Below, piece after piece: positions 29,688-40,094 of a stretch of 44,992 nt of DNA. The translations under genes and the position numbers were made by a program. The notes under the pieces were generated by a model, which was not told where the DNA came from, ran no database searches, and saw nothing but the letters and a program-made list of their open reading frames with translations. The DNA comes from Candidatus Sericytochromatia bacterium (GTDB lineage: Bacteria; Cyanobacteriota; Sericytochromatia; S15B-MN24; JAQBPE01): assembly GCA_040400605.1 (NCBI GenBank), contig JBBAPZ010000023.1, forward strand, positions 1-44,992, written 5' to 3'. Numbering within the stretch: the first letter of the stretch is position 1; every line of letters starts with the position of its first letter.

Positions 29688-32600
29688 TCAGTCGAGTGCG
29701 ATCGCCTCGTCGCGGAGTGCCAAAATGTCTCGCAACTGGTCGGTGGACAACTCGGTGAGCCAGCCTTCACCTTCTCCTACCACCAGCGAGGATAGCGCCT
29801 TCTTCTCTTCGAGCATCGCGTCGATTTTTTCTTCGAGCGTGCCCAGGCAAACGAATTTATGGACCATGACGTTGCGCTGCTGACCAATACGGAAAGCCCG
29901 ATCCGTTGCTTGCGCTTCGACGGCAGGGTTCCACCAGCGATCATAGTGAAACACGTGATTGGCCCGCGTCAAGTTCAACCCCACCCCGCCTGCCTTGAGT
30001 GAGAGCACCAATACAGGCGGTGCATCCGGGCTTTCTTGAAAGTCGCGCACCATTTTTTCGCGATCCGCAGCGGATACAGCCCCATACAGAAAGGGAATCG
30101 GTCGCTTCAGCACGCTCGACAAATGCGACACCAACAACTTGCCCATCTCGGCAAACTGGGTGAACACCAGCGCGCGATCACCCACCTCCGCCACCTCTTC
30201 CAACATCTCCGTCAGTCGGCTCAACTTGCCGGAACGTCCGCCTGACGCCGCTTGCGCATCACCGGTAAACAACCCCGGGTGATCCACGATCTGCTTCAGC
30301 TTGGTCAACGAGGCCAAAACCAAACCCTTGCGCGTGATACCGGACGACTCGTCGATACGGCCCACCATCTCCTGCACCACCGCCTGATATAAACTCGCCT
30401 GCTCCCGCGTCAGCGGACAAAACACCTTCTGCTCGTTCTTTTCCGGCAAATCCTGAATAATCGCAGGGTCCGTCTTGAGACGACGCAACAAAAACGGCTT
30501 GACGAGGTGCCGCAAGCGCAACCCGGCCTCCTCGTCCTTGAAACGCTCGATCGGTGCCGAAAAATTCGCGCGAAACTGCGCGGCTTGCCCCAAATATCCC
30601 GGATTCAACACATCCATGATGCTCCAGAGATCAAACAGGTGATTTTCCACCGGCGTACCCGTCAACGCGATGCGCCAGTCCGCCTGAACGCGTCTCGCCG
30701 ATTGCGCCTGCTTCGATGACGCATTCTTGATATTTTGCGCTTCATCAAAAATGGAACCACTCCAGTGCAAACTGGCCAACGCCTGTTCATCCCTGAACAA
30801 CAAGGTGTAGGTGGTGATCACGAGATCAAAACCCTTGTACAACTCCGCCAGGTTCTCACCCTTCGCGCGCGCCGCACCATGGTGAACCTTCACCCGCAAA
30901 CTGGGCCCAAAATGACGCGCCTCACGTTGCCAGTTACCCACCAGACTGGTGGGACACACCAACAACCACGGCGCACGAGCCTGCCCGCCAAGGGCCGCTT
31001 CAGCCTTCACCCCCAGCAACAACGCCAGCACCTGAATCGTTTTGCCCAAACCCATGTCATCCGCCAGACACGCCCCTAACCCCCAGCGGCGCATCGCACC
31101 CAGCCAGGCATACCCCCGTTCCTGATAAGGCCGCAAGGTACCCTTGAACGCTTCGGGCGCCTCAGCCCCCTTCATCCACTCACCCGGACCGAACTGTTCG
31201 AGGAACTCGCCCATGTCCCCCTCGGCCTGCACGGTCACAATGGGCAAGCCACCAGCCAAGCCCTCCGGCGCCGATGCCAGCTTTACGGCATCCAGGATAT
31301 TCATGCGCCCCGTGCGGGTCTCACTGAAAAAGCGCAGCGCCTCTTCGACCTGCTCCGGGGCCAACTCCACCCAACGCCCACGCAACTTCAATAACGGCAT
31401 CTTCATGGTCACCAGACGCTCGAAATCTTCCTGGCTCAGGGTCTCATCCCCCAAGGCCAAACTCCAGTCGTAATCGATCAAGGTTTGGTGACCCAGTCGA
31501 CCAGGCAGAGCATCAAAGGCTTCCCGCATCGTCACCTTCACACCCAGTCGCGTCCGGTTGCTGCGCCACCAAGGCGGAATCAATACGCCATAACCACTTT
31601 CTTCCAAACGAGGCGCGGCTTCCTTCAAAAATTGATAAGCCTCCTCGGTACTCAATTCCACCGCCTCGGGATGCGAACTCTTCAAGCCCCGCGACAACGG
31701 CTCAAAAATTTTGGTTGCACGGCCAAGCTCCTCCAACAGCCGCTCTTGCGGACGTTCGAAACGCCTCGCCAAAAATCCGGCCTCATGGCCCTTGCCCCGC
31801 CATACCTGCTGCGCGGAGATGATCAGCGACGGGTCATCGCTCGCCTGCAACGCAAACTCCAAACGCCAGGATGCACGCTCAGGCGCACCCTCAGGCGGCG
31901 CCTCCAACCGTAAACACGTCCGAAAAGGCGCCTCCGGCGGTGGCATCAACGGCTGCGTCCACGCACTCAGATGCTGCGCCAACATCACCACTTCCAAAGG
32001 CTCCATCGCAAACACATCATTATCCGGATTCAAAAGCGCTCCGAACCAGCGATGACCCGCATTGACCGTGCCATTGCCTCCCGTGGGCACAAGCAACGCA
32101 TCGCTCGGCGCCCACAGGCGCGCCGCCGCATCCACCATCGCATCCAACGCTTGCATCAGCAACGCGCGACTCTCCGTCGCAGGGGGATGAAACGCCCGAC
32201 ACGCAGGCGGCATCGCAAGCGTCAAAGCGCCAATCCGCTCCGCGTCCCGACGCTCGTTCGTCAAAATGCGCCATCGCGCCCGCGGCGCATCACCCGTCAA
32301 AGACAATGCCGGTATGAAGCGCTCACGTCCCAAAAATTCCAGCGCCAACTGCGCCACCTTCATCCAGAAGCGCCAGTCATCCCCGCACCGAAGCCCGGCT
32401 GGCTCCCGCAGGCTGCAAACCGTCAACAGCGCATCCGCAGGCTTCAACACCACCCCCGGTATGCGCCAGGCACGACCCTCCAGACGGCCCATCGCGGGAT
32501 CAGGCCCAAAACCCGCGTGCGGCGGCGCCAGCGGCTCGGTCCCGATGCTTGGAAGATGCGCCGTCGCCACATGCTCAGCCCCCACGACACCCCATTCGGC

Positions 32601-32750
32601 AAGCACCGACGTGGCAACCGCACGCGGATGTACCGCCTCTCCGGTAGCGCCCGGGGACTCGGCGCCAAGGGCGTCGGGGGGGGCAAATGATCCTTCACCC
32701 CATACAAAAAAATCTTGGGTCGGCAACCACGTGCCGTGCAGCACGAACAT
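29688..32750 (-). CDS. SNF2-family (Swi2/Snf2) ATPase/helicase with DUF3670-type N-region
   Basis: Start MFVLHGTW. LRPYQERG, LADDMGLGKT, DEAQNIKN, LTGTPVEN, SLKAGGVGLNL and HYDRWWNPAVEAQATDRAFRIGQ. Confidence 0.95.
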   Translation of the reverse strand: MFVLHGTWLPTQDFFVWGEGSFAPPDALGAESPGATGEAVHPRAVATSVLAEWGVVGAEHVATAHLPSIGTEPLAPPHAGFGPDPAMGRLEGRAWRIPGVVLKPADALLTVCSLREPAGLRCGDDWRFWMKVAQLALEFLGRERFIPALSLTGDAPRARWRILTNERRDAERIGALTLAMPPACRAFHPPATESRALLMQALDAMVDAAARLWAPSDALLVPTGGNGTVNAGHRWFGALLNPDNDVFAMEPLEVVMLAQHLSAWTQPLMPPPEAPFRTCLRLEAPPEGAPERASWRLEFALQASDDPSLIISAQQVWRGKGHEAGFLARRFERPQERLLEELGRATKIFEPLSRGLKSSHPEAVELSTEEAYQFLKEAAPRLEESGYGVLIPPWWRSNRTRLGVKVTMREAFDALPGRLGHQTLIDYDWSLALGDETLSQEDFERLVTMKMPLLKLRGRWVELAPEQVEEALRFFSETRTGRMNILDAVKLASAPEGLAGGLPIVTVQAEGDMGEFLEQFGPGEWMKGAEAPEAFKGTLRPYQERGYAWLGAMRRWGLGACLADDMGLGKTIQVLALLLGVKAEAALGGQARAPWLLVCPTSLVGNWQREARHFGPSLRVKVHHGAARAKGENLAELYKGFDLVITTYTLLFRDEQALASLHWSGSIFDEAQNIKNASSKQAQSARRVQADWRIALTGTPVENHLFDLWSIMDVLNPGYLGQAAQFRANFSAPIERFKDEEAGLRLRHLVKPFLLRRLKTDPAIIQDLPEKNEQKVFCPLTREQASLYQAVVQEMVGRIDESSGITRKGLVLASLTKLKQIVDHPGLFTGDAQAASGGRSGKLSRLTEMLEEVAEVGDRALVFTQFAEMGKLLVSHLSSVLKRPIPFLYGAVSAADREKMVRDFQESPDAPPVLVLSLKAGGVGLNLTRANHVFHYDRWWNPAVEAQATDRAFRIGQQRNVMVHKFVCLGTLEEKIDAMLEEKKALSSLVVGEGEGWLTELSTDQLRDILALRDEAIALD

Positions 32751-33382
32751 ATTTCTCGTAGGGTAACACCAACCAGCCGCGCTGGCTACATGACACGCCC
32801 CTGATTCTCGTTTTTTTGCGATGAAAATGCTGCGACGTCGGTCGCGCAATGGTGTGAGCTGATCCCACCGTCACGAAAACGGCGCTGATCCGCGAGCAGG
32901 TGACCAACCGCCCGTTTGACATGCCACGACGACCAACCGTGCTTGACAGGCATTTGGGTCGCTGGATCAAGCATGCCCACCCGATGCGCGGCAGTCACCT
33001 GATTCGTGGCTGCCCTTTTGACACCTCATGAGCTCAAAACTTAACTGGAACACGGTTTTTTTGGCTCTTTTGCGTGCACCCCGCCTGCCACGCGCATCAG
33101 CCCCTCTGGTGAATCGACCATTTGTTATTGAAAATGCAATTGTTTGATTCCCGGGGTCTCGCGCAGTGACGCGTTGCAAACCCACGGTTCAATCATGCGT
33201 CGGACAAGCGGTGTCCAACAGTAACGTAGCGGCTGCTGTCCAAAACCGGTGAAACAGATTAAAAAGATCAATTGAACACAGACTGCAATCCAAGGTTGGC
33301 CCACACTTTGAGCACCCAATTGTGTGTTCCGGATCTCACGCAATTTTCAGAACTTCGTGCCTTGGGTGGTCAAGTGCTCCTC

Positions 33383-33403
33383 TAATGAAATATAATTGCA
33401 TTA
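33383..33403 (+). promoter_or_regulatory. Putative Zur/Fur-family operator overlapping a TATAAT -10 box
   Basis: Imperfect palindrome TAATGAAAT-ATA-ATTGCATTA containing TATAAT (33391-96), directly upstream of a metal-uptake operon. Confidence 0.6.
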
Positions 33404-33450
33404 ATGAAGTGCGGCGTGTATAACCATGGGCAAGGGGTAAACGAGGGTCG

Positions 33451-34776
33451 TTGCTCGGTGGGTCAAGGAGTGGGTGGTTGAGCGGGTTGGGTTTGAAGTG
33501 CCGGGTTTTGGCGTTGGTGTGGGTGTGCAGTGTGGTGTTCGCGTTGCCTGTGTGGGCGCAGACCACCGGGGGTGAGGCGCCGCCTGCGGGTGTCACGGAT
33601 GCGGAGATGGAGGAATTGGAGCGTCTTTTGGGTGGGGGACGTTCCGCCAATGGTCAAGCGGGGGCTGTGGCAGCACCTGCAATGGGTGCTTCCTCGGTTG
33701 GGGGGGGCGGGCCGGTTGGGGGGCCGTTGATTGCGGCGCCGCGGACTTTTCAGGATATGAATCCGGATTTGTCGGTGATTGTGGATGTGGCTTTGGCGGC
33801 GTTCAGTCGCGAGCCGATGCAGACGGGTGCGCATGATCCGCGGGTGAACGGGTTTAACTTGCAGCAATTGGAGATTGCGTTGGGGGCGCCAGTTGATCCT
33901 TTTTGGCGTTTTGACAGCAATCTGGTGTATGCGCAAAACGGGGTGGAGATTGAGGAGGCTTACGCCACGAGTTTGGCGGCGCCCTTTGATTTGCAGGCGC
34001 GCATCGGGCAATTTTTGACGCGTTTCGGGCGAGTGAATGCGACGCATCCCCACACGTGGGAGTTCGTTGATCAAACGCTCGTCATCGGCAAGTTCATGGG
34101 TAGCGAAGGCAACCGGGGCCTCGGCAGTGAGTTATCGTGGTTAATGCCTTTGCCCTGGTATTGCGAGTGGGTGGTGTCTGCGACCGAGGCGAAGGGTGGG
34201 GCGACGGCGCGCAGCTTTTTCGGCAATGAGAATCTGGGTGTCGCGTCGCCTTTGGATGTGCAGTGGACCACGGCGTTGAGGCAGTTTTTTCCGCTATCCC
34301 CCGATTGGTCGCTTGCGTGGGGCCTGAATGGGGCGACGGGGCCCAATGGCAGTGGTCGGAGCAATCGCACGGACATTTTGGGCACGGATATTTATGTGAA
34401 GTGGCGGCCGGTGGAAGGGTCGACATTTAACGTGGTGTCTGGGACGGTTGAAGCGATGGTGCGTCGGCGGCAGCAGCCGGGGGCATTGCTTGAGGATCAC
34501 GGGGGCTATGCCACGGTGTTTTGGCGTTTTGCTCAGCAGTGGGCGACCGCTGTGCGGGCGGAGCGGGTGAGTGGTGTGAGCAATGATCCGCTGGATCCGG
34601 ATTGGGTGGGCGATCGCACGCGGTACGCGTGGAATGTGACTTTTTGGCCCACGGAGTTCAGTCGTTTTCGTTTGCAGGGGTCGCTGGATCAGCCCACGTG
34701 GCGTCCTGAGCCCATTTATGCTGCCATGTTGACGATGGAGACGGTGACCGGGGCGCATGGCGCGCACAAGTTTTAG
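33451..34776 (+). CDS. Outer-membrane beta-barrel of a Zn/metal-uptake locus ('zinc-regulated' porin type)
   Basis: Signal peptide ending VWAQ. MNPDLS, EIEEAY, FGR.N..HPH.W.F and C-terminal GAHGAHKF. The start may be 33478. Confidence 0.8.
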   Translation: MLGGSRSGWLSGLGLKCRVLALVWVCSVVFALPVWAQTTGGEAPPAGVTDAEMEELERLLGGGRSANGQAGAVAAPAMGASSVGGGGPVGGPLIAAPRTFQDMNPDLSVIVDVALAAFSREPMQTGAHDPRVNGFNLQQLEIALGAPVDPFWRFDSNLVYAQNGVEIEEAYATSLAAPFDLQARIGQFLTRFGRVNATHPHTWEFVDQTLVIGKFMGSEGNRGLGSELSWLMPLPWYCEWVVSATEAKGGATARSFFGNENLGVASPLDVQWTTALRQFFPLSPDWSLAWGLNGATGPNGSGRSNRTDILGTDIYVKWRPVEGSTFNVVSGTVEAMVRRRQQPGALLEDHGGYATVFWRFAQQWATAVRAERVSGVSNDPLDPDWVGDRTRYAWNVTFWPTEFSRFRLQGSLDQPTWRPEPIYAAMLTMETVTGAHGAHKF

Positions 34777-34789
34777 AGGGAGGATCGCA

Positions 34790-35716
34790 GTGGGATCCAA
34801 GGCACGTTTCTGGTGGGGCGGTTTGCTGGCAGTTGCGTTGTGGTGGCCCGTGGAGGCGGCTGAGGCCCGTGTCAACGTGGTGGCGACCTTGCCTGATCTC
34901 GCGGCGATCGCCCGCGAGGTAGGCGGTGAGCACGTACAGGTGAGCGCAATGGCTTATCCCACGCAAGACCCCCACTTTGTGGATGCCCGCCCCCATTTGA
35001 TTCTGTACCTGAACCGGGCTGATCTGCTCGTTCTAAACGGTTTGGAGCTGGAGGTTGGTTGGCTGCCCACGTTGCTCACGGGTGCGCGCAATGGCCGGAT
35101 CCAGCCGGGCACCAACGGCTATTTTGATGCGTCCACCGTGGTGCCGCTCAAGCAGGTTCCACAATTGCGAATCGATCGCTCGATGGGCGACCTCCATCCT
35201 GGCGGCAACCCCCACTTTACGGTGGATCCCCGCAACGGTGCCCTGATTGCTCTCGCTCTTGCCGAACGCCTGGTGGCCAGCGACCCCGCCCATCGCGCCG
35301 GGTACCGCGCGCGCGCGCAAGCCTTCGCCGCCACCGCACGGGATTTTGCCGCCGCCGAGGCCAAGCGTTTCGCTAAAATTCCCGCCAACCGACGGCAAGT
35401 TGTAGCCTATCACCAAAGCCTCATCTATCTTTTGGACTGGTTGGGCCTTGAAGGCATCAACAACCTCGAACCCAAACCCGGCATCCCGCCCTCGCCCGGC
35501 CACGTTGCGACTGTACTTTCCCAGATGCGGCAAATCGGTGTCGAAGCCATCTTGCAAGAGTCATACTGGCCGACCACAGCTTCCGAGTTGCTGGCAAAAC
35601 GCGCCGAAGCCAAGGTAGTGGTGTTGCCTGGCGGCACCAATTTTGACGGCGGCCAGACTTACCTCGATTACATCCGGGAGGTTGTGCGTCGCGTCGCGGA
35701 GGGGCTCAAACGGTGA
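34790..35716 (+). CDS. Metal ABC transporter substrate-binding protein (ZnuA/TroA family)
   Basis: GGAGG RBS. VVATLPDL, DPHFV, NGLELE.GWL, HPGGNPHF, YH and EPKPGIPPS. Confidence 0.9.
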   Translation: MGSKARFWWGGLLAVALWWPVEAAEARVNVVATLPDLAAIAREVGGEHVQVSAMAYPTQDPHFVDARPHLILYLNRADLLVLNGLELEVGWLPTLLTGARNGRIQPGTNGYFDASTVVPLKQVPQLRIDRSMGDLHPGGNPHFTVDPRNGALIALALAERLVASDPAHRAGYRARAQAFAATARDFAAAEAKRFAKIPANRRQVVAYHQSLIYLLDWLGLEGINNLEPKPGIPPSPGHVATVLSQMRQIGVEAILQESYWPTTASELLAKRAEAKVVVLPGGTNFDGGQTYLDYIREVVRRVAEGLKR

Positions 35717-36567
35717 TACGCGGCTGCTATGTTTCCATTGTGCTTGCGGGGCTCAGCGGGTGTGCGTGGCAACCCGGTACGGGCTTTGCCACCGTTCACG
35801 CAGATGGCGTGGTCTTGCGTGCCGCGTTGGGCGCTGGGCGCCAAGACACGCAAGGGCGCTGGAAGTTGAGCGATGGGAGCAAGGTGGCTGAATTCAAGGC
35901 TGTTTTGACCGTGAAAGATTGTGTGTTGGAATCGTTGTCTGAGTCAGGCGGTGGTGGTGGGGGCACTTTTGATCCCGCGAACCCGCCCCCCGGGTATAGC
36001 CTGTGTCACGGCGGGCATTGCCACAGAGCGGACGGTGCGTTGATCGATGAAGCGCAAATCAAGGCGGAGTTGCAGGCCAAAGCCGGTGTGTCTACCTACA
36101 CAGGCGTCCTCACCCTGCTGCCTGCCGAACCCCGTTGGCAACTTGCCTGGAAGGCTGATGCGGCCGCACCGTGGCAAGCATTGCAGCCCCATCCGTATCT
36201 GGCACAGGTCAATCTGAAACGGGCGAGCCTGCGTCTCACGCAACTGGAACTGCAAGGGGTGACAAGCACGGATGCGGTCCCGGGCGATCGCCCCTGGCGC
36301 ATGACGCTGCCCCTCGACGGCATCACGTTTTCTGTGCCTCTGTCCACAACCGTTTCGCGGGCCGGACCCGCTGCCTATCGCCTGAGCGCGAGTTTCCGCC
36401 TCAGCGAACGCCTCCTCGACGGCTTGCCCTGGCAGACCTGGTTTGCCCAACCCCCAACCGCAGATATGCTCACCATCACGCCAGAAGGCGAGGTCCTGGC
36501 CTCACTCAAGGAACGCTTCCTGGCAAGCACGTGGACCGTGCAGTTGACGCCGAAGCCCGCACCTTGA
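35713..36567 (+). CDS. Hypothetical lipoprotein with CHGGHCH motif
   Basis: GTGA overlap with the SBP gene. Lipobox LSGC. FDPANPPPGYSLCHGGHCH. Confidence 0.75.
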   Translation: MIRGCYVSIVLAGLSGCAWQPGTGFATVHADGVVLRAALGAGRQDTQGRWKLSDGSKVAEFKAVLTVKDCVLESLSESGGGGGGTFDPANPPPGYSLCHGGHCHRADGALIDEAQIKAELQAKAGVSTYTGVLTLLPAEPRWQLAWKADAAAPWQALQPHPYLAQVNLKRASLRLTQLELQGVTSTDAVPGDRPWRMTLPLDGITFSVPLSTTVSRAGPAAYRLSASFRLSERLLDGLPWQTWFAQPPTADMLTITPEGEVLASLKERFLASTWTVQLTPKPAP

Positions 36568-36836
36568 CTGGTGAGCGAAAGCATCAGGCATCGGTTTGTT
36601 CCTGGCGCACAATCGACACGTTGACGCGCGTATCCGAGCGCGTCTGGCAGGTCCGTTTTGATGTGGTGGTGGCGTGATAGACACCAAGGCTGCGCCTGTG
36701 TGTTCATTCATCTGTGCGTTCGTGCTGTTATGCGGGCTCCGCCTGCCGGGTGCCATTTGAACATGGTACACTCCCTCAAAGCCTCAGTATGATGGCGCAA
36801 GGGAGCGGAACATCCAGCGTGGGGAGGGTGGCAGGG

Positions 36837-37556
36837 GTGATCGACAAGCGGGTCAGAAATGCCGAAGCGGCCTTGGACGGCTTGCTCAAAGATGGCATGA
36901 CCATTATGGCGGGTGGTTTCGGGTTGTGTGGCATTCCGGAAAACCTCATTCTGGCCATTCGGGAATCCGGCGTGAAGGACCTGACGTTTATCAGCAACAA
37001 TGCCGGTGTGGATGACTTTGGTTTGGGTTTGTTGTTGCAGACCCGTCAGGTTCGGAAGATGATCAGCAGTTACGTGGGCGAGAACAAGACCTTTGAGCGG
37101 CAGTATCTGGCGGGTGAACTGGAAGTGGAACTGATTCCCCAAGGCACGCTCGCTGAGCGCGTTCGTGCCGGGGGCGCAGGGATTGGCGGTTTCTTCACCC
37201 GTACTGGCGTTGGCACACAGGTGGCGCAAGGCAAAGAAACCCGTGTGATTGACGGGCTCGAGTATGTCCTGGAGTTGCCCCTTAAAGCGGACCTGGCAAT
37301 TATTAAAGCGCACGTTGGGGATGAATCAGGCAATTTGATTTATCGTGCCACCGCGCGCAACTTCAATCCGATGATGGCAACGGCTGCGAGCGTCACAGTG
37401 GCTGAGGTTGAACGTTTGGTGCCGATTGGCGGTCTGGATCCTGACCAGGTTCACACGTCGGGAATCTACGTGAAGCGTATTTTTGAGGGTGTTGCTTACG
37501 AGAAGCGCATTGAGCAACGGACCGTGCGCGCGCGTGATGAAAAAGTGGGGGTGTGA
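36837..37556 (+). CDS. scoA: 3-oxoacid CoA-transferase subunit A
   Basis: [41 protein letters not shown] and ARNFNPMMA. Confidence 0.93.
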   Translation: MIDKRVRNAEAALDGLLKDGMTIMAGGFGLCGIPENLILAIRESGVKDLTFISNNAGVDDFGLGLLLQTRQVRKMISSYVGENKTFERQYLAGELEVELIPQGTLAERVRAGGAGIGGFFTRTGVGTQVAQGKETRVIDGLEYVLELPLKADLAIIKAHVGDESGNLIYRATARNFNPMMATAASVTVAEVERLVPIGGLDPDQVHTSGIYVKRIFEGVAYEKRIEQRTVRARDEKVGV

Positions 37557-37557
37557 G

Positions 37558-38217
37558 ATGCCGTTTGATCGACACCAGATTGCGCGCCGCATCGCAGCGG
37601 AACTTCACGACGGTTTTTATGTGAATTTGGGTATCGGGATTCCGACGCTCGTCGCCAATTACATTCCAGCGGGTATGACGGTGGTTTTGCAATCCGAAAA
37701 TGGCTTGCTTGGCATTGGGCCTTTTCCGTTTGAGGGTGAAGAAGACCCCGACTTGATCAATGCGGGCAAACAGACGATTACAACCCTGCCTGGCAGCAGT
37801 TTTTTTTCGAGTGCTGATTCGTTTGCGATGATTCGGGGTGGGCATGTCGATCTCACGATCCTCGGTGCACTGCAAGTCGCTCAAAACGGTGACATTGCCA
37901 ATTGGATGATTCCTGGCAAGATGGTCAAAGGAATGGGTGGCGCCATGGATCTGGTTGCCGGTGCGCGGCGTGTGATTGTTGCCATGGAACATCAAAGCAA
38001 GGGTGGCGAACCCAAATTGCTTGAGCGCTGCGACTTGCCACTGACCGGTCAAGGTGTGGTGGATATGGTCGTGACTGACCTGGCGGTGCTTGCAATCACC
38101 CCGGAAGGGTTTGTTTTGCGCGAGTTGGCGCCAGGCGTGACGGTTGAGGAAGTGCTGGCGAAAACAGGGGCGCCTGTGCATGTCGATCCCCAACTTCGGA
38201 CGGCCAGCGCGGTATGA
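37558..38217 (+). CDS. scoB: 3-oxoacid CoA-transferase subunit B
   Basis: [14 protein letters not shown] (catalytic Glu), MIRGGH and [10 protein letters not shown]. Confidence 0.93.
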   Translation: MPFDRHQIARRIAAELHDGFYVNLGIGIPTLVANYIPAGMTVVLQSENGLLGIGPFPFEGEEDPDLINAGKQTITTLPGSSFFSSADSFAMIRGGHVDLTILGALQVAQNGDIANWMIPGKMVKGMGGAMDLVAGARRVIVAMEHQSKGGEPKLLERCDLPLTGQGVVDMVVTDLAVLAITPEGFVLRELAPGVTVEEVLAKTGAPVHVDPQLRTASAV

Positions 38218-40094
38218 ACCGCACCTTCGGTTTGATGGCGCTCCTTGGTTTGCACGTCAGTGTGAGTCTTGGATTGACCCCATATGCATACGGTGAGGTC
38301 AGTCCTTCGCCCAGCGCAGCGCCCACTACCTCGCCGGTAGCGACGCAAACCAAATGGACGCCTCGGCCATACACGACCCGCGTTCCGATGGCACCAAGCA
38401 GCAAGCCGATGATGCCGGCGATCGGTCCCAACTGGCCCTATCCGCGGGTTCCGGAACCGGTTGTTGCGCGCCAAGGAGCGGTTGCCAGCGTGTCGGGTGT
38501 GGCGAGTGAGGTGGGGGTTCGTATCCTCAAGCAGGGTGGCAATGCGGTGGATGCGTCGGTTGCTGTGGCACTGGCGCTGGCGGTGGTTTTTCCGGAAGCC
38601 GGCAACATTGGCGGCGGTGGTTTCATGCTTGTCAGAACCAGCCGTGGTGAGTTGACCAGTTTGGATTTCAGGGAGGTGGCTCCGCTTGCGGCGAGCCCGG
38701 ATATGTATTTGGATAAGCAAGGCAATGTGACGCCAGCGAGTCAAAAAGGTCATCGGGCTGTGGGTGTGCCCGGCACGGTGGCGGGCTTGGTGGAAGCGCA
38801 TCGTCGCTATGGGCAATTGCCGTGGGCCAGTTTGGTACGGCCTGCCATCACGCTCGCGCGTGACGGTTTCGAGGTGAGCCCTTATTTGTCTCGCAGCATG
38901 GCCCGTGCACAGGATTCGTTGATGCGGTGTGCCGAGACCCGGCGGGTATTTATGCCTGAGGAGCAGGTGCCGCGTGCTGGAAGCATACTGAAACAGCCTG
39001 ATTTGGCGCGCACTTTGGAGGCGATCGCCAAAGAGGGTCAACAGGGTTTTTATGGTGGTCGGGTTGCGGCGTTGCTGGTCAAAGACCAGGTGCGTCACGG
39101 GGGAATCATCACGCTGGCGGATCTTCAACGGTACCGCCCCCGCTGGCGCGAACCGCTGGCTTTCCACTATCGCGGCTGGCGCGTGGTGTCGATGGCCCCG
39201 CCCAGTTCAGGCGGCGCCACGCTCGCGCAGATGCTCAACATTTTGGAAGGCGTCGACCTGAAAGGGTTGTCTTGGCACACGCCTGCGCACATTCACTGGT
39301 TAACGGAAGCCGAACGGCGGGCGTATACGGATCGCAACGCTTACTTGGCGGACCCGGACTTTGTTCGGCATCAACCGCTTGATACATTGATCAGCAAGGA
39401 TTACGCCGCCAAGCGTCGCGCCACCATCAACCCGGAGCGCGCCACACCCCAATTCGGGCGGGAACCTGGGCTTGGTGCCCCGGAAAAACTGGTTCCCGCC
39501 ATTCAGGAGTCCGAGCAAACCACACACTTTTCCATCATGGATGCGCGCGGAGGCGCCGTCAGTTGCACCTACACGCTCAACGGCAACTTTGGTGCGGGCG
39601 TGGTGGCGGAAGGCACCGGCATCCTGCTCAACAACGAGATGGATGATTTCGCGGTGAAGCCAGGCGCGCCGAACCTGTTTGGGCTGGTGCAAGGAAAACT
39701 GAACGCCATTCGTCCCGGCAAACGCATGTTGTCATCGATGACACCGGTGTTGGTGTTTGACGCATCGGGCAAGTTGCGCCTGGTGGTGGGATCGCCGGGT
39801 GGTTCAACCATTCCCACAACTGTGATGCAGGTGGTGAGCAATGTGGTGGATTTCGGCTGGACGCTCGCTCAGGCGATCGCTGCACCACGCCTCCATCACC
39901 AAGGCCTCCCCGATATCATCTATTATGAACCCCACGGTCTCGCGAACGATTGCCGTGACGGCCTGGTAAGGCTGGGTCACGCCCTCAAACAACGGGAACC
40001 CATTGGGGATGCCACAGGCGTCTGGGTCAGGGATGATGGTCGCCTTGAAGCGTTTGCGGATCCGCGCCGCGGAGGCCAAGCCGCAGGCTACTGA
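38214..40094 (+). CDS. ggt: Gamma-glutamyltransferase, exported
   Basis: Signal peptide, GGNAVDA, IGGGGF, DFRE.AP, nucleophile site EQ|TTHFS, NNEMDDF, LSSM and GSPGG. Confidence 0.95.
   Translation: MNRTFGLMALLGLHVSVSLGLTPYAYGEVSPSPSAAPTTSPVATQTKWTPRPYTTRVPMAPSSKPMMPAIGPNWPYPRVPEPVVARQGAVASVSGVASEVGVRILKQGGNAVDASVAVALALAVVFPEAGNIGGGGFMLVRTSRGELTSLDFREVAPLAASPDMYLDKQGNVTPASQKGHRAVGVPGTVAGLVEAHRRYGQLPWASLVRPAITLARDGFEVSPYLSRSMARAQDSLMRCAETRRVFMPEEQVPRAGSILKQPDLARTLEAIAKEGQQGFYGGRVAALLVKDQVRHGGIITLADLQRYRPRWREPLAFHYRGWRVVSMAPPSSGGATLAQMLNILEGVDLKGLSWHTPAHIHWLTEAERRAYTDRNAYLADPDFVRHQPLDTLISKDYAAKRRATINPERATPQFGREPGLGAPEKLVPAIQESEQTTHFSIMDARGGAVSCTYTLNGNFGAGVVAEGTGILLNNEMDDFAVKPGAPNLFGLVQGKLNAIRPGKRMLSSMTPVLVFDASGKLRLVVGSPGGSTIPTTVMQVVSNVVDFGWTLAQAIAAPRLHHQGLPDIIYYEPHGLANDCRDGLVRLGHALKQREPIGDATGVWVRDDGRLEAFADPRRGGQAAGY

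Noticed and set aside
33010..33450. Cobalamin or other riboswitch before the metal-uptake operon
   Set aside because: No B12-box or other recognisable aptamer motif. The Zur-like operator is the simpler explanation.
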